A stretch of DNA of 64,000 bases from Geosiphon pyriformis uo1 (lineage: Eukaryota; Fungi; Glomeromycota), in NCBI GenBank assembly GCA_016748015.1, contig JAAOMT010000590.1, positions 124,001 to 188,000 on the forward strand, read 5' to 3'. Both the position numbers and the translations under genes were made by a program. The notes beneath the pieces were generated by a model. It was not told where the DNA came from and searched no databases. It was given only the letters and a program-made list of their open reading frames with translations. Shown here piece after piece: positions 1 to 14,242 of the stretch (position 1 is the first letter of the stretch; each line of letters opens with the position of its first letter).

Positions 1-518
1 GATAATTAGTTTATTTTAGTTTAACATATTTATTTTATTAATTTTTTAGTAAAAATTAATAAAAACAAACTTAATATATTTTTTTTTTATTTTTTTTATT
101 TCTATAATAAGTTTTTTTAGTAAATGGTTAAAAGCAACCACTAGGTTCTTGTACTATTATTTAAATATTAAATTTTATTATATTCAAAAAACAATTATTA
201 TTTTAAAAGTAATTTGTGGTTTTCATTCTTTAATTATTTTTGGTCACAAAAGATAGTTTCATTCAATATTGTCTAAAGTAGCTTGTAAATTCGTTTCAAT
301 GATAAAGATAAAAAAATATTAAAGTGAGAAAATTTATAAGTTTTCAAATGAGCTTTGTATTAAAAAACAGGCAAAATTCATGTTTCAAATACTTCATGCA
401 ACCTTGGCACTAAGTTTTGCATCAAAATTATTCAATATTCAGTTTTGATTATTTTTTAGAAACAGTAATTTATAGATTAAATATCAATTTACAAATGATT
501 CTGAATTTTTCATTACAT

Positions 519-1960
519 TTACATATTACAAACAGTTACAAAATAACCAAAATAAAAACCCAAATGAAACATTATAGTTGTGTTTATATCTCCATGAGCA
601 TCTGCATTACAACTCTTCAAAATAGAATTTTTTTTTAATATACAATTCAACTTTTCAGACAAAAACGATTTTCAAATCCTACTAATAATTCTAGTCTATA
701 TCCTTCTGGATATTCATATACATTTGGCTGTGGTTCACTTCAACGATCTGGACAATCACATAGCGCTCTATCACCCAGGCATAATATAAAAACTTATTGC
801 TGAAATGCAATTTTTAATATTTTGGAACAAAGTTATTGTAGTTTGTTATGCGAAATATTTTTCCTTGATGTTTTGTGTTAACATAGTGAGAAAACATCAA
901 ATTTCTAATCCGTGGTTGCATATATGTATAAACTTTAATATCTAGCTTCTATTGTTTGCCTTATATAAATCGAGATTGAAAATATATTCCAGCAAAAACT
1001 ACATAGACTTTATAAAAAATTCTAATAAGTTTTTTCAGAAAACTCAAACATTCCATCATGCAAAATGTTAATATCAATTCCATTATCTCCACCAAAACTC
1101 CATGCTTAATAAATACAAGTTTTTTATATTTTCAATGTTTGAGAACTTTATCAATCTTTTTTTCTAATTCCAAATGTTCAGCAGAGAACTCTCAGTAAAA
1201 TTCTTTATCAACCATTGAATCTTTAATCTTTTTGTCATATGGAATTTGTGATCTTTCATTTTGAGAAAACTCAATTGTTAAAAATTTTCTTTTAAAAGAA
1301 ACTTAAAATTTTTTGTCTAGCCTAACTTTTTCGATTTTTACTGCTATTCAAAAATTGTTTCAGTTTTAAAGAAGGTTTTTCTTAATTTAAGTTTGATTAG
1401 GATGCTTTAGGAACTTACCATATATGTTTGAGAGTTAATTTGTAATTTTCTTCTAAGCAAAAAGCTCTTTGTAAAACATAAGCATATAATTCAAATTTGG
1501 ATAACTATATTTTGTCATGAATGAACAGTATTTGTTGGTGATGATGAGGAATATCATTGCTCATTATCTTAAATTTAAAAATCCCTAAAAAGAGAATAAC
1601 TTTAATAGCTCTGATCAACATTCAGACCCATTTTGAAATAAGAAAATTTTCTTTCTAATTACTCTTCAAATGTTCTGTGATCCCACTTTTAGCATAGCAA
1701 TTTATGTTTCAAATTATTCGATTTTTACTCTTATATTAGCTGTAAAGAAAATTAAAGATTAGTAATGACATCTTTTGTCATAGCACATTTCTATCCGGTC
1801 TTTTGTTTTGGAAGTAGAGTAACTTATTAAATTTACATAACTTTTTTGATGTTTTTGTTTGGTTACAAATAAAATAAAGATAAGTTTTATATCATATTTG
1901 TATTAATTCAAATTATTAATTTTCTTTTTATTTGTTGATTTTTCTTATGTTCTATCTCAT
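519..1960 (-). pseudogene. Class-3 lipase-like pseudogene (copy 1, GHG-type)
   Basis: Minus-strand translation gives FIKHGV/GG (elbow, frameshifted, GT donor mutated to AT, ~1087-1113), KVYTYMQPRIRNLMFSHYVN...FRITNYNNFVPK (~820-935), LCDCPDR*SEPQPNVYEYPEG and terminal FHLGFYFGYFVTVCNM* (519-572). These are colinear with the intact copy at 18446-19775. Many stops and frameshifts; 5' boundary approximate. Confidence 0.8.
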
Positions 1961-4900
1961 AATTATTTGCAATGGCAAATGGTAAAATTTGTATTTTACT
2001 TCCCGTTTTAAAATTTTGCATCACATTCCAAAATGGTCTAAATTCTAACTTGTTCTAGAACATATATTTCCAACTGGGAAAATGAAATCGAAATTTAGAA
2101 GATTGAGAAAAATAGTTAAAAACTATAAATTTATTGCAACTCTGCAATACCCTCCAAAAAGTAACTCTTAATTCGAAATTAAACACAAAAATTCAGTATT
2201 TTTCCGATTTACTTTCTTTTTAACCAAATAAGTCTCATATAAAAATATCTAATTACAACACAAACTAAATAATCTGGGATTAGAAAAAGAGCAAAGTCTT
2301 AAGAAATACAGATAAAACATAATAACAAAATATTATTATAATATTTTAAACTTATGACTTAATTTTAAAAGAAAATAGAATTTAAAAATATATATAAATA
2401 TTCTAATTTCTTTTAGTGAAAATGTACTATAATATCTAAAAAATACTTTGTCTTATACAACAACTTTTCACACATCCTGTTTTCTTAACAAACATGGTCT
2501 TGATTCTTTTACCCGTTTTTATGATTCCAATTCCACAGTAAGTAGGGAATTCGCAAAAAAAAAAACTTGTGCCATTTGCTTCCTAAATTTTAGACTGTGC
2601 AAAAGGATTAAAAATTTCTAAACTTTTAAATGGTTTCAATTAATAGCATTGAAGAAAGAGAAGTTAACAATATTCCTTAAGATTTGGATGGTTCTCAAAC
2701 TGGTAATAATTTGTTTGCAAAATTTCTCACTTCTACCTCAACCTCAATCTACGACTCAAAACAATGGAGGTTCCATTACAAAATTAATAGTTCACCTTTA
2801 AATTCTAATAGCATTACACGTGTAAATGATTATAGTGCAAATTTATGCTAAAGTAACGGTATTAAAATCATTTAAATAAAACTTATATCTTTTATTACAA
2901 TCAAAAACATTTTTTATATTATATTTTCTAATAATTTTGTAATTAAGTGTGCCTTTTATATAATGTTAACTCATTTTCATTTATTGCTAAATATAATTTT
3001 GTCTTTGACAATTAACAACTCAATTATCAGAACCATTAAGTTTTTTGATATCTAAAAAATATACAAATATAATTATATATATATTTTTATATTTTTATTC
3101 ATTGTTTAACTTAAAAATAAATAAATTTAAATTTTTAAATAAAACATAATTTTTTTAAATTATAAAGAATAGCCAAAATTGGTTGCAACTTTTCAAAATA
3201 TGGTTTTAATACGAAAATAAAAAATATATTTTTTTATTGTAAAGAAATACAGTATAGCCTATATATACATATACATACAAAAAATAATTTATAAACAAAA
3301 GATTTTTGTAAAAAATTTAAAGGTGTTATAATTTATAAATTATACACAAATATTTTTTACAGTAGAAATTAGTAACCACTTATTCAAATAAATTAATATC
3401 AATATTATATGTAATTGAAAATTTGTTTGGTATAAAGTAAATAAAACTTTATTTTTACATGTGTATTTCTGGAATTTATGTATTAAAACACTAAGCTTTG
3501 TTTATTCTGGTGTATTAACTATATCAGTACTAATACAAATACAAACTTGTTGAAAAAAAAAAATTTCCAACATATTATTAAATAAAGCTTTAAAAAATCT
3601 TTTTTAATAGCAATTGATTTATATTTTATTTCTTATTTTTTGTCTTTTATCCAAATTATGGAAAACAAAAAAATTAATAAAAAACATCTATATATTCATA
3701 ATTGCAATCTGTGTGAATTTTGTTAAGAGAATACTCAATAAATGTAGTGGTATATTTTTTAAAAAACTTTTCAAGTAGTTGATAAAATAAATAAATAATA
3801 ATTATTGAAATATTTTCATAAAGTATATATTTATATAAACCCTATATATGATAAAACTTTAACCATATTAATTATAATATTTATACATATATTTTTTAAT
3901 ATAATAAAATATACTTTTATTTATTTATTAATTTATTATAAAAGAATATTTTCTCACTTACAACTGAGAAAATACGTTTTTATTTATCTTTAAATTAGTG
4001 TGTTTAAACATATTTACTACATTAAAAGTTGCAATTTAATACAAAACCAAATTAAAATATAATAAAGTCGAAAAAGATAAATACCTTAGAGTTTTTTCTA
4101 TAAGTATAAAGCTATTAATATTAATACAATAATAGCAATTACAATTAGAGAAAATTATACTTTTAAAATATTTTATTTCGAAAATATTATTTTAAAAATA
4201 GTTTCTAAAATTTCGAAATTTAGAATAGATTTTTCTTCAAGTTTAAACTAAATTTTTTTGGCTAGTTGATGATTTCTACTTTTATTACATGTGATTAGTT
4301 TAAGATTATCTTAAATATATTTTTACAGTTAAAAACAATAGTTTTACAGTTAAAAACAATAGTTTTATTAATTATCACATGTATTAGCCAATAATATCAT
4401 ATAGTTAGCCACCCTATTTTTAGATAGTGATCATTGCCATGATCAATAATCTAATTATTGACCTAGTTACTAATATGATTGTTAACCACTTTAAATTCTA
4501 TATAAGTAATAAGTTTCTCAACTATAAAAAGACATGTTAAATTAAAGTAATAAAATAACAACTATTATCTAATACTTCTTTTATATTGCTTATTTTTCTT
4601 TCCCAATTCCTTATCTTCAAGTATCTGAACATCTGTAGATAAAAGATTATTTGTTTACATTTACATATCTTATCTTTTTCTCTTCTTGATTTGTATTGTT
4701 AATTAGCCTAAAAAGTGATTGCTTGCTTTGTGATTTATTGAATAAAAAAATGATTGAAAAGCACAGCAATACCTGTTATTGATTTTAAGAATTGTTGAAT
4801 AAGGCATAGAATAATAACAGCAGTGTTATTTTGTTGACAATTATGAACTATTTTTTTACCTTCAAATTTCTCAGAAAAGATTAAACGACTGTAATTTTGA

Positions 4901-5599
4901 AACTAATTATGCACATTGAATCCTTACAAATTCAATTTGTTTCTTTGATTGAATTTCTTCTTTGATCATTTCTATCATTTTCAATAGTCTTTTTATTTGC
5001 TATTCATTAGCTTGTTACTCCAACCTGTAACAATATCATCAAAATAAATACACTTTTCAAGAATATTCAATCTATTAATGCGAGAATATTGATTGTTTAA
5101 ATAGTCAATTATCATTATAAAAAAGATTTTATATCTTTCTATTTACTTTGAATATTTAGCTCTTTTAATAATATTTTTAATCGATTGAATAGAAAATTAA
5201 CTTTTTAATTGATTAGAAAAATACCAATCCAATCTTCTATTTCAGATTAGGTTTAATTATTGTGCTTTTAAATATCTAACAATAAAAAACTTTTTACTCC
5301 AAAAAATTATTGATTACAAAAACATCACTTAGAAATATAAAATTTATTTAACTATTCAAAATTATTTTAAATAGATCAAAATTTAAGTATTATAAAAAAT
5401 AGAAATCAATCTGAAATAAATTTTAAAATTAAAGAGAGAATTTTGGTAGCTAGTTGAATTTCAAATCTTTTTTTGATATTTAATAAGATATTATTTTAGA
5501 TTTATTAAGCTAGCTTGATTGTTTATGTTAATAAATTAAGAGCTTTTGTTTATCATATCTCTAAAAGTTAAAGATTTAATAGTAAATACATGTAACGAG

Positions 5600-5990
5600 G
5601 ATGGTATGATTAATTTTGTTGGAAAAAATAATATTCCATTTTTTTATTATTTAAAAAATAATAATAATAGTGATAGATTTCCTTTAGCTAAAAATAAGAT
5701 AATTCCTTTGACACTTTAAACATTATTTCTACAATTCATGAAAATAAAGATTGAAATTTAGAGAAAACAGAAATAATAAGATTTTATTTATAAAATCATT
5801 AAACTGTGACAAAGTATCTCTGCAAAGAATTCTTATGTAGAGCTAAATAATAGAACTATTAAAGTGGATGTTTTTGAAAGCATATTTAATCAAAAATATA
5901 AAAATTATTTTGTTGTCATCGATAATAATTTTGTGAAAGATCCACAATATAATGAAGTCATTAAGGAAATTCGTAGAAATTTAAAATAGG
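5600..5990 (+). pseudogene. Upstream exon remnant of the multi-pass membrane protein pseudogene (extracellular Ig-like part)
   Basis: Translates to ...SAKNSYVELNNRTIKVDVFESIFNQKYKNYFVVIDNNFVKDPQYNEVIKEIRRNLK* followed by a GT donor. It resembles the extracellular region of a Glomeromycotina membrane-protein family (family recognition from memory). About 2.3 kb of AT-rich sequence separates it from the downstream exons. Confidence 0.5.
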
Positions 5991-8313
5991 TAGGTTTTTT
6001 ATTCATTCAATTAAAAAAAATGCTAAAGTAATAAGTAGTTTTAGTTTTAGCAAGTCAGTAATTCAAAACATAAAAGTTAAATTGCTAGAAATATTTTGCA
6101 AAACATAATTTTTAATATTATAAGTTTGGTTTTAAATCTTATTAAAGAACAATATAGAAAAAAAATGTCCAAATATTTGAATAATTCATATAATTTATGA
6201 AAAAAGTGTGACAAAATATCTTAATGAAAAGATAGCGCAAATTTGTGATTAAAATTAATCTAAAGAAAATATCTTATTAAAAATATTCAAATAAAAACTT
6301 TAATTTTCATATAATTTATGTTTACACTATTAAAATGTAAATTAATTGTTTATGTATTATTATTTTTGTACTTATTAATAATGCTAAAGTAAAACTTTTA
6401 ACTTTATAGATGTTGATTAAAATTGAAATAACAATTTTTAAATAAAAAATATATATTTATCAACAGATTTAATATTCCTAATTTTTTGGTTAAAATAGTC
6501 GTGTTTGAGAAATTGTTTCAATTTAATTTTGGTTTCAGTCTTAATTTTTTATGATCCACAAAACAAAAAAAAGACTTCAAATAATTTTTTATTCATAAAA
6601 TGCTTTTAAATAGATATTATATGTTTTTTTAATTGTATAATATTTATTAAACAAACAGTTTAAGATGTTACAATATGTTTACAATATAAAAAATTTAAAA
6701 AATTTAAAGCTGAATCTGGATTTAAGATAACAATTCAGAATGTTTTTATCGGATTTTTTTAGCACAAGTTTTTATGATCAATATTCTATATAAGAGTGAC
6801 TTGCAAATATTATTGCACTATTTGATTTTATTTAAATTTTTTGGGAATGCAATACTTATAAACAAATAAATCAATTCAAAAAGCATCTTTTTGGTTTTAA
6901 GAATATTATTGCTTTCATTATAGTTTATAGTTTGGAAAAAAACATGAAAATTGAAAAAGTTCATAAATAAATAGTATTTTGGGAAAAATGTCAAGCCAAA
7001 ATTTGCTCAAAAACTCTTAAAATAATTTAAACATGTGATTAGACAGAACATTGCTTCAGAAAATATTTTTTCTTAGGCATTTTTAAATCTTTATATTTAA
7101 ACTTAAAATAAAAATATTAATAAATTATTTTATTTACAAAACTTTTAATTACTTTTCTTGCCTAAATTTGGTAAACTTTAAATTTTAAAATTATTTTTAA
7201 CACTCTAAAAATTCTAAAAAAAAGAGCATAATTTAAGTTTACAAAGTTTTTTACTAAATATATCTATAAGTCTTCTTTCTTTGAAACTTCCTGAAATTAA
7301 CTTATTTTAGTAATTAATTTTTTTTCAATATTAATATATCTTCTTATTGGATTAAATACAAAATTTTTAGGATCAAAATATAATATGATATAATATACTT
7401 TTTATAAATTATCAAAAGTGTTTTTTTTTTCAAATTACAAGTTTATATATCTAAAAAATAAAAATTTTAGCTAACTAAAAAATATTTTTTCAATAAATAT
7501 TTGATAAAAAAGTCTTACATTTAAAGAAATTTGTTTACCAAATTTGACTTTGAAAAAGTAGTTGCAAGCAAAATTGTTTATTTAGAAATAGATTTGTGAA
7601 AAAGATAGTTATTAGAAAACCAAATATCTTTATATTACATTAACTGCATTTTCTGCTTAGAAAGCATTTTGTACGCCATTTTTAAAACTCATTAATTATA
7701 TATTTTATGTGGTTTAAGAAATGTTAAAGTTTAAAGCAATAAATATTATTTTAATTGAGATTCTGAAAAGAAAAAAAATCCAATAATTTTAAAATGTTGA
7801 AAAAGAAATAATTTTGGATACTATAATTGCCTTGGTGCTTGACAATAATTTTGATTACATAATAGTCAATTTGAAAAAATTATTGGGATATTGTATCTAA
7901 AATTGAAATTTATTTCTAAACTATTTTATTGTTATTTAAAAAAACTTAAGCCTTATTTTGGAAAAAATTAGTATTATTTAATAGAAGAAAAAAGCTAAGA
8001 AAAAATTTTTTTATAAAAGTTTTGCAGAGAGTCTTTATGTGATTATATGATTCTAAATGTTGATTTATTTTATCATACACTAAGGTTAAATTAAAATGAG
8101 GTATTTTCTTTAAATTTTTAATTTCGAAAACAGTATTTTTAAAAAATATACTTTTTTTATTGATGTTTTTTTAAAATTTCTAATAGAATTGTTATACAAG
8201 AAATACTTTTCATACAGGCATTTCTATCAAATTTGTTTTAAAGATTAATAATTCATTGATTCATTCATTTGTTTGTTTTTTTGTTTTTTTTTCATTTCGT
8301 TTGAATGCTCTAG

Positions 8314-9833
8314 ATGGAAAAGAAAGCAAACATGCAGATAAGAAGGTTTATTGTTTATTTTTTATTTTTTATTAGAAAATTTTTAAGGTCGCTATCTAAC
8401 TAAAATACATAATAATTATTGATTTTAAGTTACCCTGATTGGACTCTTACATCTGAATACAAATTTCTCGGATTTCAACAAAATTAACAACGAACGAGAA
8501 GTTTTCAAAACACTTGAAGATCAATTATCTTTTACAATTTCTGTTGAAAGAAGTCGTATCAAAATTATTGATCATAAAACTGATAAATCTAAATCAAAAT
8601 CAGTAGGCCGAGCAATATTACGACTTCAAATTTCTTCAAAAAGCGGTTCTAGAAATCCAATGGAAATTGCGCATGACCTCAATGCATTAATCGAGAATAA
8701 ATGGTTCACTCCCATTAGCACTTATTCACACACCGGCTTTTTAGATGAGACTTTTGGGTTCCAAGTTCAACGTGAGCAAGCATTAATTAATCTTCATTAT
8801 TTGATTTCTATTAAACTGTATATCATTTAATAATTTTTTGTTTTTAGCAAATTTTTGGAAAGAATATAAATTTCATCTAATTGCAATTCTTTTTATTGCA
8901 ATAATATTAATGGCTCTATATTTTAAAGGAAAAAAAAAATCCGAAGGTATTTGATTTATTTTTTTTGCTGTTATATTGGGATTTAATTATTGTGATTTAA
9001 AGTTTAAAATTAAATAGATATTTTAATAACTTTTACTAATTTTAGGGTAATAGCTTTGCAGTTGTTTCTATTACATTAATTATAGTCGATATCATAGTTG
9101 ACATCACATTCATTATAAAAAATGGAAAAGATATGGATTTTTATATTTACCAAGATAATTAATTTTGTAACTTGTAAATACATCAAAAATTTAAAAACAG
9201 CAAAGATAATTAATTCGTATATGTTTTTTTGAATAGTAATATTTTCCTAGCAATACCTTTTCTTTTCAACACAGGACTGGCAGAATACATCATAATCAAT
9301 AAGATTAGCATTAATAATGAATATGTTGTATGGTTTTGGCAATTTGGCAAGCCCGCTGCCTTATTTATTATACTATCTGTCACTGATATAGATGCTCTGA
9401 ATCTTTTATATTCAAAGTATGCAAACATAGGAATTTTCAGTGCACCGATTTTCAAAAGACTTGAAGATTTGATCTTTTGGGGTAGTATCATCAATATTTT
9501 TATTGAGGATATTCTACAATTTGTAATTTAGGTTTGATTTCAAAGATTTAGCCTTTTTTTCAAAATTTTGACATTTCACCAAATTAAATATCTTATAATA
9601 ATAATAATTATTATTATTACTATTATCTCAACTAGATCATTTACTATCAAAATACCTTTCCCTACGATTTTATTCCTATAATAAGTCTCATTATGAGCTC
9701 AGTTATCTTAACAATTAATATTATTACTCGATTTTATAGCACTTTGATTTGGTTCCATGATCAAACTACTTTTTCATGAGTTGAACGTGAGGAAACGAAT
9801 GAATTAGACTGGATAAATACTGGTTTAACTTAA
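8314..9833 (+). pseudogene. Multi-exon, multi-pass membrane protein pseudogene with a C-terminal EDI(P)Q..(Q) XK-like motif
   Basis: Exons ~8314-8345, 8430-8771, 8848-8946, 9046-9154, 9237-9531, 9636-9833, mostly with GT-AG boundaries. Hydrophobic segments include FHLIAILFIAIILMALYF, FAVVSITLIIVDIIVDITFII, LIFWGSIINIFIEDILQFVI* and FIPIISLIMSSVILTINII. Lesions: TAG at 9529 (probably CAG), TGA at ~9777, and a GT>AT donor at ~9155. Confidence 0.75.
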
Positions 9834-11099
9834 ACTTTTTGAAATTGATTTTTAAAATTAATATTATGAGTGCAATAATTTTCTTTGTTTAATAATTTTA
9901 GCTTTGAATTTAACAATATTTATAGTGAAAAAAAAAACAGAAATATAAAAAAAAACGCAGCTTATTTTCTATATATTTAGATGAGAGATATACTATAAAT
10001 ATAGATTTGTTAATTAAAAAATTGAAATTGTTTAGTATTGATATATTTTTAGGGGTGTTATCTATTTTCATTTTAGAATCTGATTGCGATTATCACTTTC
10101 GAGCCTCCAGAAAATTGGGCTATTGGTATTCATTATAGATTGAAACATAATTAACTTTTTTGGGCCTTGGAATTCACTCATAAATGGCAACTGATAATTA
10201 CTTTGCCACATTATAAAAATAATTTTAAAGTTAGATTGATTTCATATTATAAAGCATTTTTCTTTGTCAAAACTTTTCTAGTTATAGCTTCTTTTGATAA
10301 AAAAATTTAATTCGAGATATTGGCAATTATCTCCTTAAATCTACTTCTAAATTAGGTTTATTGTAATTCCAAAAAGTTTTTTGACCATTTTCTTAAGCGA
10401 TTATCATGAGAAAAGCAACTTTTGAATTATAGCTGGGAAAACATAGTCAGATTTTCTTTTCATGACAATTAATGCTCCTTCAAGTCAGTCGAAAAATGAA
10501 ATTGTGTTTTAATTAATGAAGCTGAAGAAATTATTTTCTGGCAAAAAATAAATTATCAATATTGTATGGATAAAGAGAGATTTTTAAGGAGTTTATCTTG
10601 TCAATAAATAAGAATTTCAAACTATAATTTTGTTAAATCACATTTTCGAAAAGGCTAGAAATTTATTCACTTTATTTATATTGCATCAAAAACTATGCTT
10701 GTCATTATCCTATTGATATTTTTACTTTTAAATGAAAATCTTTTAATTTCTAACAACTTATTTGCATTTTCAATATATATTATTTATAAGAATACTTATT
10801 AAGTGTGTAAATGCATCACACATATATCAGTGTGTGTTACATATAATTTATTTTACACTAAAACAGATAATGTAACATCACATGTTCACTTGTTATAACA
10901 TGTTTCATATCAAAATTGATAAGGAAATACTTTACAGTCAATAATCTTCACACTTGACTAATATATGATATCCTATATAATACTTTTAAATATAAAATCA
11001 AAAACTAATTCTTTCCTGAAATTCATTCATCTATTCCAAATTAAATATTGTCATCAATTGCATAAATCCAATTCTAACTCTAAAAAAGGTGGTTAAACC

Positions 11100-12300
11100 A
11101 AGAAAGTTTACGAAAATATTAAATATAATAAATGAAAGACTTATACTTTATAGAATATTAAGGTCTGAGATAAATCAACCTTTATATCTTTGTTATATTT
11201 CGGATAGCATCTTATTTCTCTTCTGAATTAAGGCTTGTTAATTTAAGTTACAATTATTGTGAGTAGTAATAACTCTTTGTTAAGATTCTTCTACAGTATT
11301 ATAACAAGCTGGTATATGTTTTTTGATCATAAAATGCTTTCTATTAATCACATCAAATTGCATGTAAATAGGATCTGTTTTATTCAAAAGTTTTTTCTCT
11401 CCAAATAATTTTACAGAAAATGATGGCAAAGCTGTATATATTGCTATACTTAATAGAAGAACTCTTGCAAATCTTGGGTGTGAAAAACTCAAAAACACCA
11501 TAAATATTACCAGACTGGGGAGAGTAATTGGCAGAATAATAGAATCCAAGATCAGAAATAACAACTTTTAAGAATTTGTTTTCAAACAAAGATATTTTTA
11601 AAGTATAAATCTCTATGTACCAGATTTGAATTATTTATAAATATTGAGTCATTAAAAATTCTGAAAAGCATATGAGAACTATTTCTTAAGTAAGAGTTAT
11701 TTCATTTATTTTGAGAAAATTTCAAAGTTTTCTATCTATTTTGATAGCAACACCCAAGTGTATTTTGATTTTTCGCCTCTTTGTTTTTGAATAGTATTTA
11801 AATAATTCTAGATTTTTTGCTGTTCTCTATTTATTTTGACAAAATATTCCAATATTGGTTTGTGGACTTGGATATTCTACTTTTTCTAGATCTTTTATTG
11901 TTTCCAGTCCATTTGAATAATATGTTCTAAATTTGTTTTGTTCAAGTAACTTTCTATCTCTATTACTATTAAATAGAATTCAAATGCTTTTTTATCATTC
12001 TTTCTCTATTTTGATAACACTATCCAAGAGTAAAATGCACAAGTAAACTTCTCACTTTTACTGTTTTTAAATAGATTTCAAATGCTTTTTCAAAGATTTT
12101 TGTCCTTTTCTATCTATTATCATAACAAAGTCTAAGAACATATTGTGTATTTAAATCTCTCCCTTCTGCTGCTTTTTCTTGATTTTTTGAAGTACCAATT
12201 CTATTATTATAATATCATATAAGACTGTATTGTGTAAATAAATCTCTCAACTACAGCTTTTGAATAAAGTTTAAATGCTTTTTATTACAAAAATAATAAT
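11100..12300 (-). pseudogene. Sel1-repeat + tyrosine-kinase-like protein kinase pseudogene
   Basis: Degenerate Sel1-like repeats (AFEIYLKTVKVRSLLVHFTLG*CYQNREKNDKKAFEFYL, ~11950-12100) lie upstream of kinase motifs HRDL/YFKN, VVISDLG, IYGVFEFFTPK (from IYGVxxYxAPE) and SNIYSFAII (from SDIYSFGII). Many stops and frameshifts. Confidence 0.75.
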
Positions 12301-12739
12301 AATGGTTTTGAATTTATAACAAAGATCAAAATTTATTTTATAAATAGTTTTCATTTGAAAAAATATACAATTGAATTAAAAAGCTTGTATAAACAAAATA
12401 TATATTGTAGATTATTTTAAATAAATTTTTTCTGAAGAACAATATTAAATTTAATTCTACTTTAATTTTTTGGGATTTCAAAGCTTCAATTTGTTTATAA
12501 ACAATATATTTGCATTAAAATATTTTTACTTTTAAAAATAAAATTTTTTTTAACTTCTGATTATAAATATTTAAAAATTTAAAATTAAATTCAGTAAAAA
12601 CCAAAAAATTAAATAGTTAAAAAATAAAAATTTTATTATTAAATAAAATATTATTCTTTTAATTTTATTTTGGAACTTAAAATAATAAAATATTCTTAAG
12701 ATAGGTAGTGCAACTTTCAGAAATATATAATCAAATTAA

Positions 12740-14240
12740 ATAATGACAAATTTATTTTTTTATGATTTAAAAAACTTTATACTACTTAACAAAAATTTAA
12801 CCTGTTGATTTTCTGATCCAGACATTATAGTATGCTCATAATTTGTTGTCTTTTGACAAAAGCCACTTTTAGAATTATTGTCATGCAATTCTATATTGTA
12901 AGATCCAAAATATAATCCAAAATCTATATTACCATAAGATTCAGATTTACTAATAAATTTGCTAAGTTTAGCATTATTAGTATTGCTGTTTTCGAAAAAA
13001 AAAATAAAACTTTTTTTTTCTTTTAAACAATTATTCTCAAAGTGCCACAATTGTGAATTATAGCTACCAATTAACTAACCAGTTTTTTTTACTTTAATAA
13101 TGCTTATTTTTGCTCTTTTATTATCATATAATTAATAAAATTTGGCTGAAGTAAATTCATTTTGACTGTCACAAAATAATAATTTAAAATCAGTTTCAAG
13201 TTAATTTTTAAGAAGAGTATTCTCATATTTGTTTTGAATTCAATAATCAAACTGTTTTATATTATGCCATTAAAAAAGCTTTGAATCAATATTTGATCAA
13301 AAAAAACATAATGACTGAGCATCTACAAACTTTTAATGACTACTTAATATGAAATAATAATGTAAAAAATCTTCATATAAAGTTTCAGGTAAAATTTTTA
13401 CAAATAGTTTTACTTTGTGATAAAAGTTAACTAAAGATAAATTAAAGATAGAAGTCTTTGAATGGATTTCTTAAAGATATTAAAGTTTTCATCTATTCAG
13501 ATAAAAACTTTTTTTAGTTGAATATTGTTATTTAATTTAGCAACTTCTTATTCTATAATCTTTTCTATATTTCAGATTCTTGTATATTTAGGTAATTCTG
13601 AGTTAAAATTAAGCAAATATAATTTTCACTAAGGGTGGTAAAATTTTGGAAGTTGAAAACTATAGCTGGATTGACAGCAGCTAGTTTGGTGCAAAATTTT
13701 TGTAATTTTTTGAAAGAATTATGCATAAATAAAGTTTTATGCAAAGTAGCAAAATTTTTTTCTAGCTTTTTTGCATGATATTCAATCAAATAGTCTTTAA
13801 AAAAATCAATAAAGTTTTCTAAAATAAGTTTATTAGCAATAACAAACAATTCTAAAATAATAGATACTCTATGTTTATCAAGAAAAATCTCGTCATTATA
13901 AATATATCTTTACAGAAAATAAAAAAATATGAATTAATATTGTCTAAAATACTTGAAGCAAAAAATGTCTTATCTAAGAATTATCTCAAAAATTTTTGGT
14001 AAAATATTAGGTTAAGTGAAAATAATAGTATTATTTTTTTTTTAATCCAATTTTCAGAAAGAGCTGTAGTAAAATATAGTGATCTTACTATTAAAATTTG
14101 TGAATGTGTATAAAAAATTTTAATATTAAGCACTTTGCCAACTATAATTCTAACATTAGAGAACTTCTGACTGTTAAATAGATTCTCAAAATTATTGAAT
14201 AAAGTTTGAAAGTATTGTTGCAGTAATATTAGTAATTATA
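12740..14240 (-). pseudogene. BTB/POZ-BACK-TLDc domain protein pseudogene
   Basis: BTB start (FENLFNSQKFSNVRIIVGK..KIFYTHSQILIVRSLYFTTALSENWIKK), BACK-like segment (ORF 13565-13849) and TLDc segment (FKLLFCDSQNEFTSAKFY*LYDNK..IIKVKKTG*LIGSYNSQLW..KKSFIFFF; ORF 12760-13050). Multiple stops. Confidence 0.8.
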
Positions 14241-14242
14241 TT

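Noticed and set aside
2440-2850. Locally GC-richer stretch with a GT-AG pair, possibly an exon remnant
   Set aside because: No recognisable motif or sustained reading frame, so it could not be assigned.
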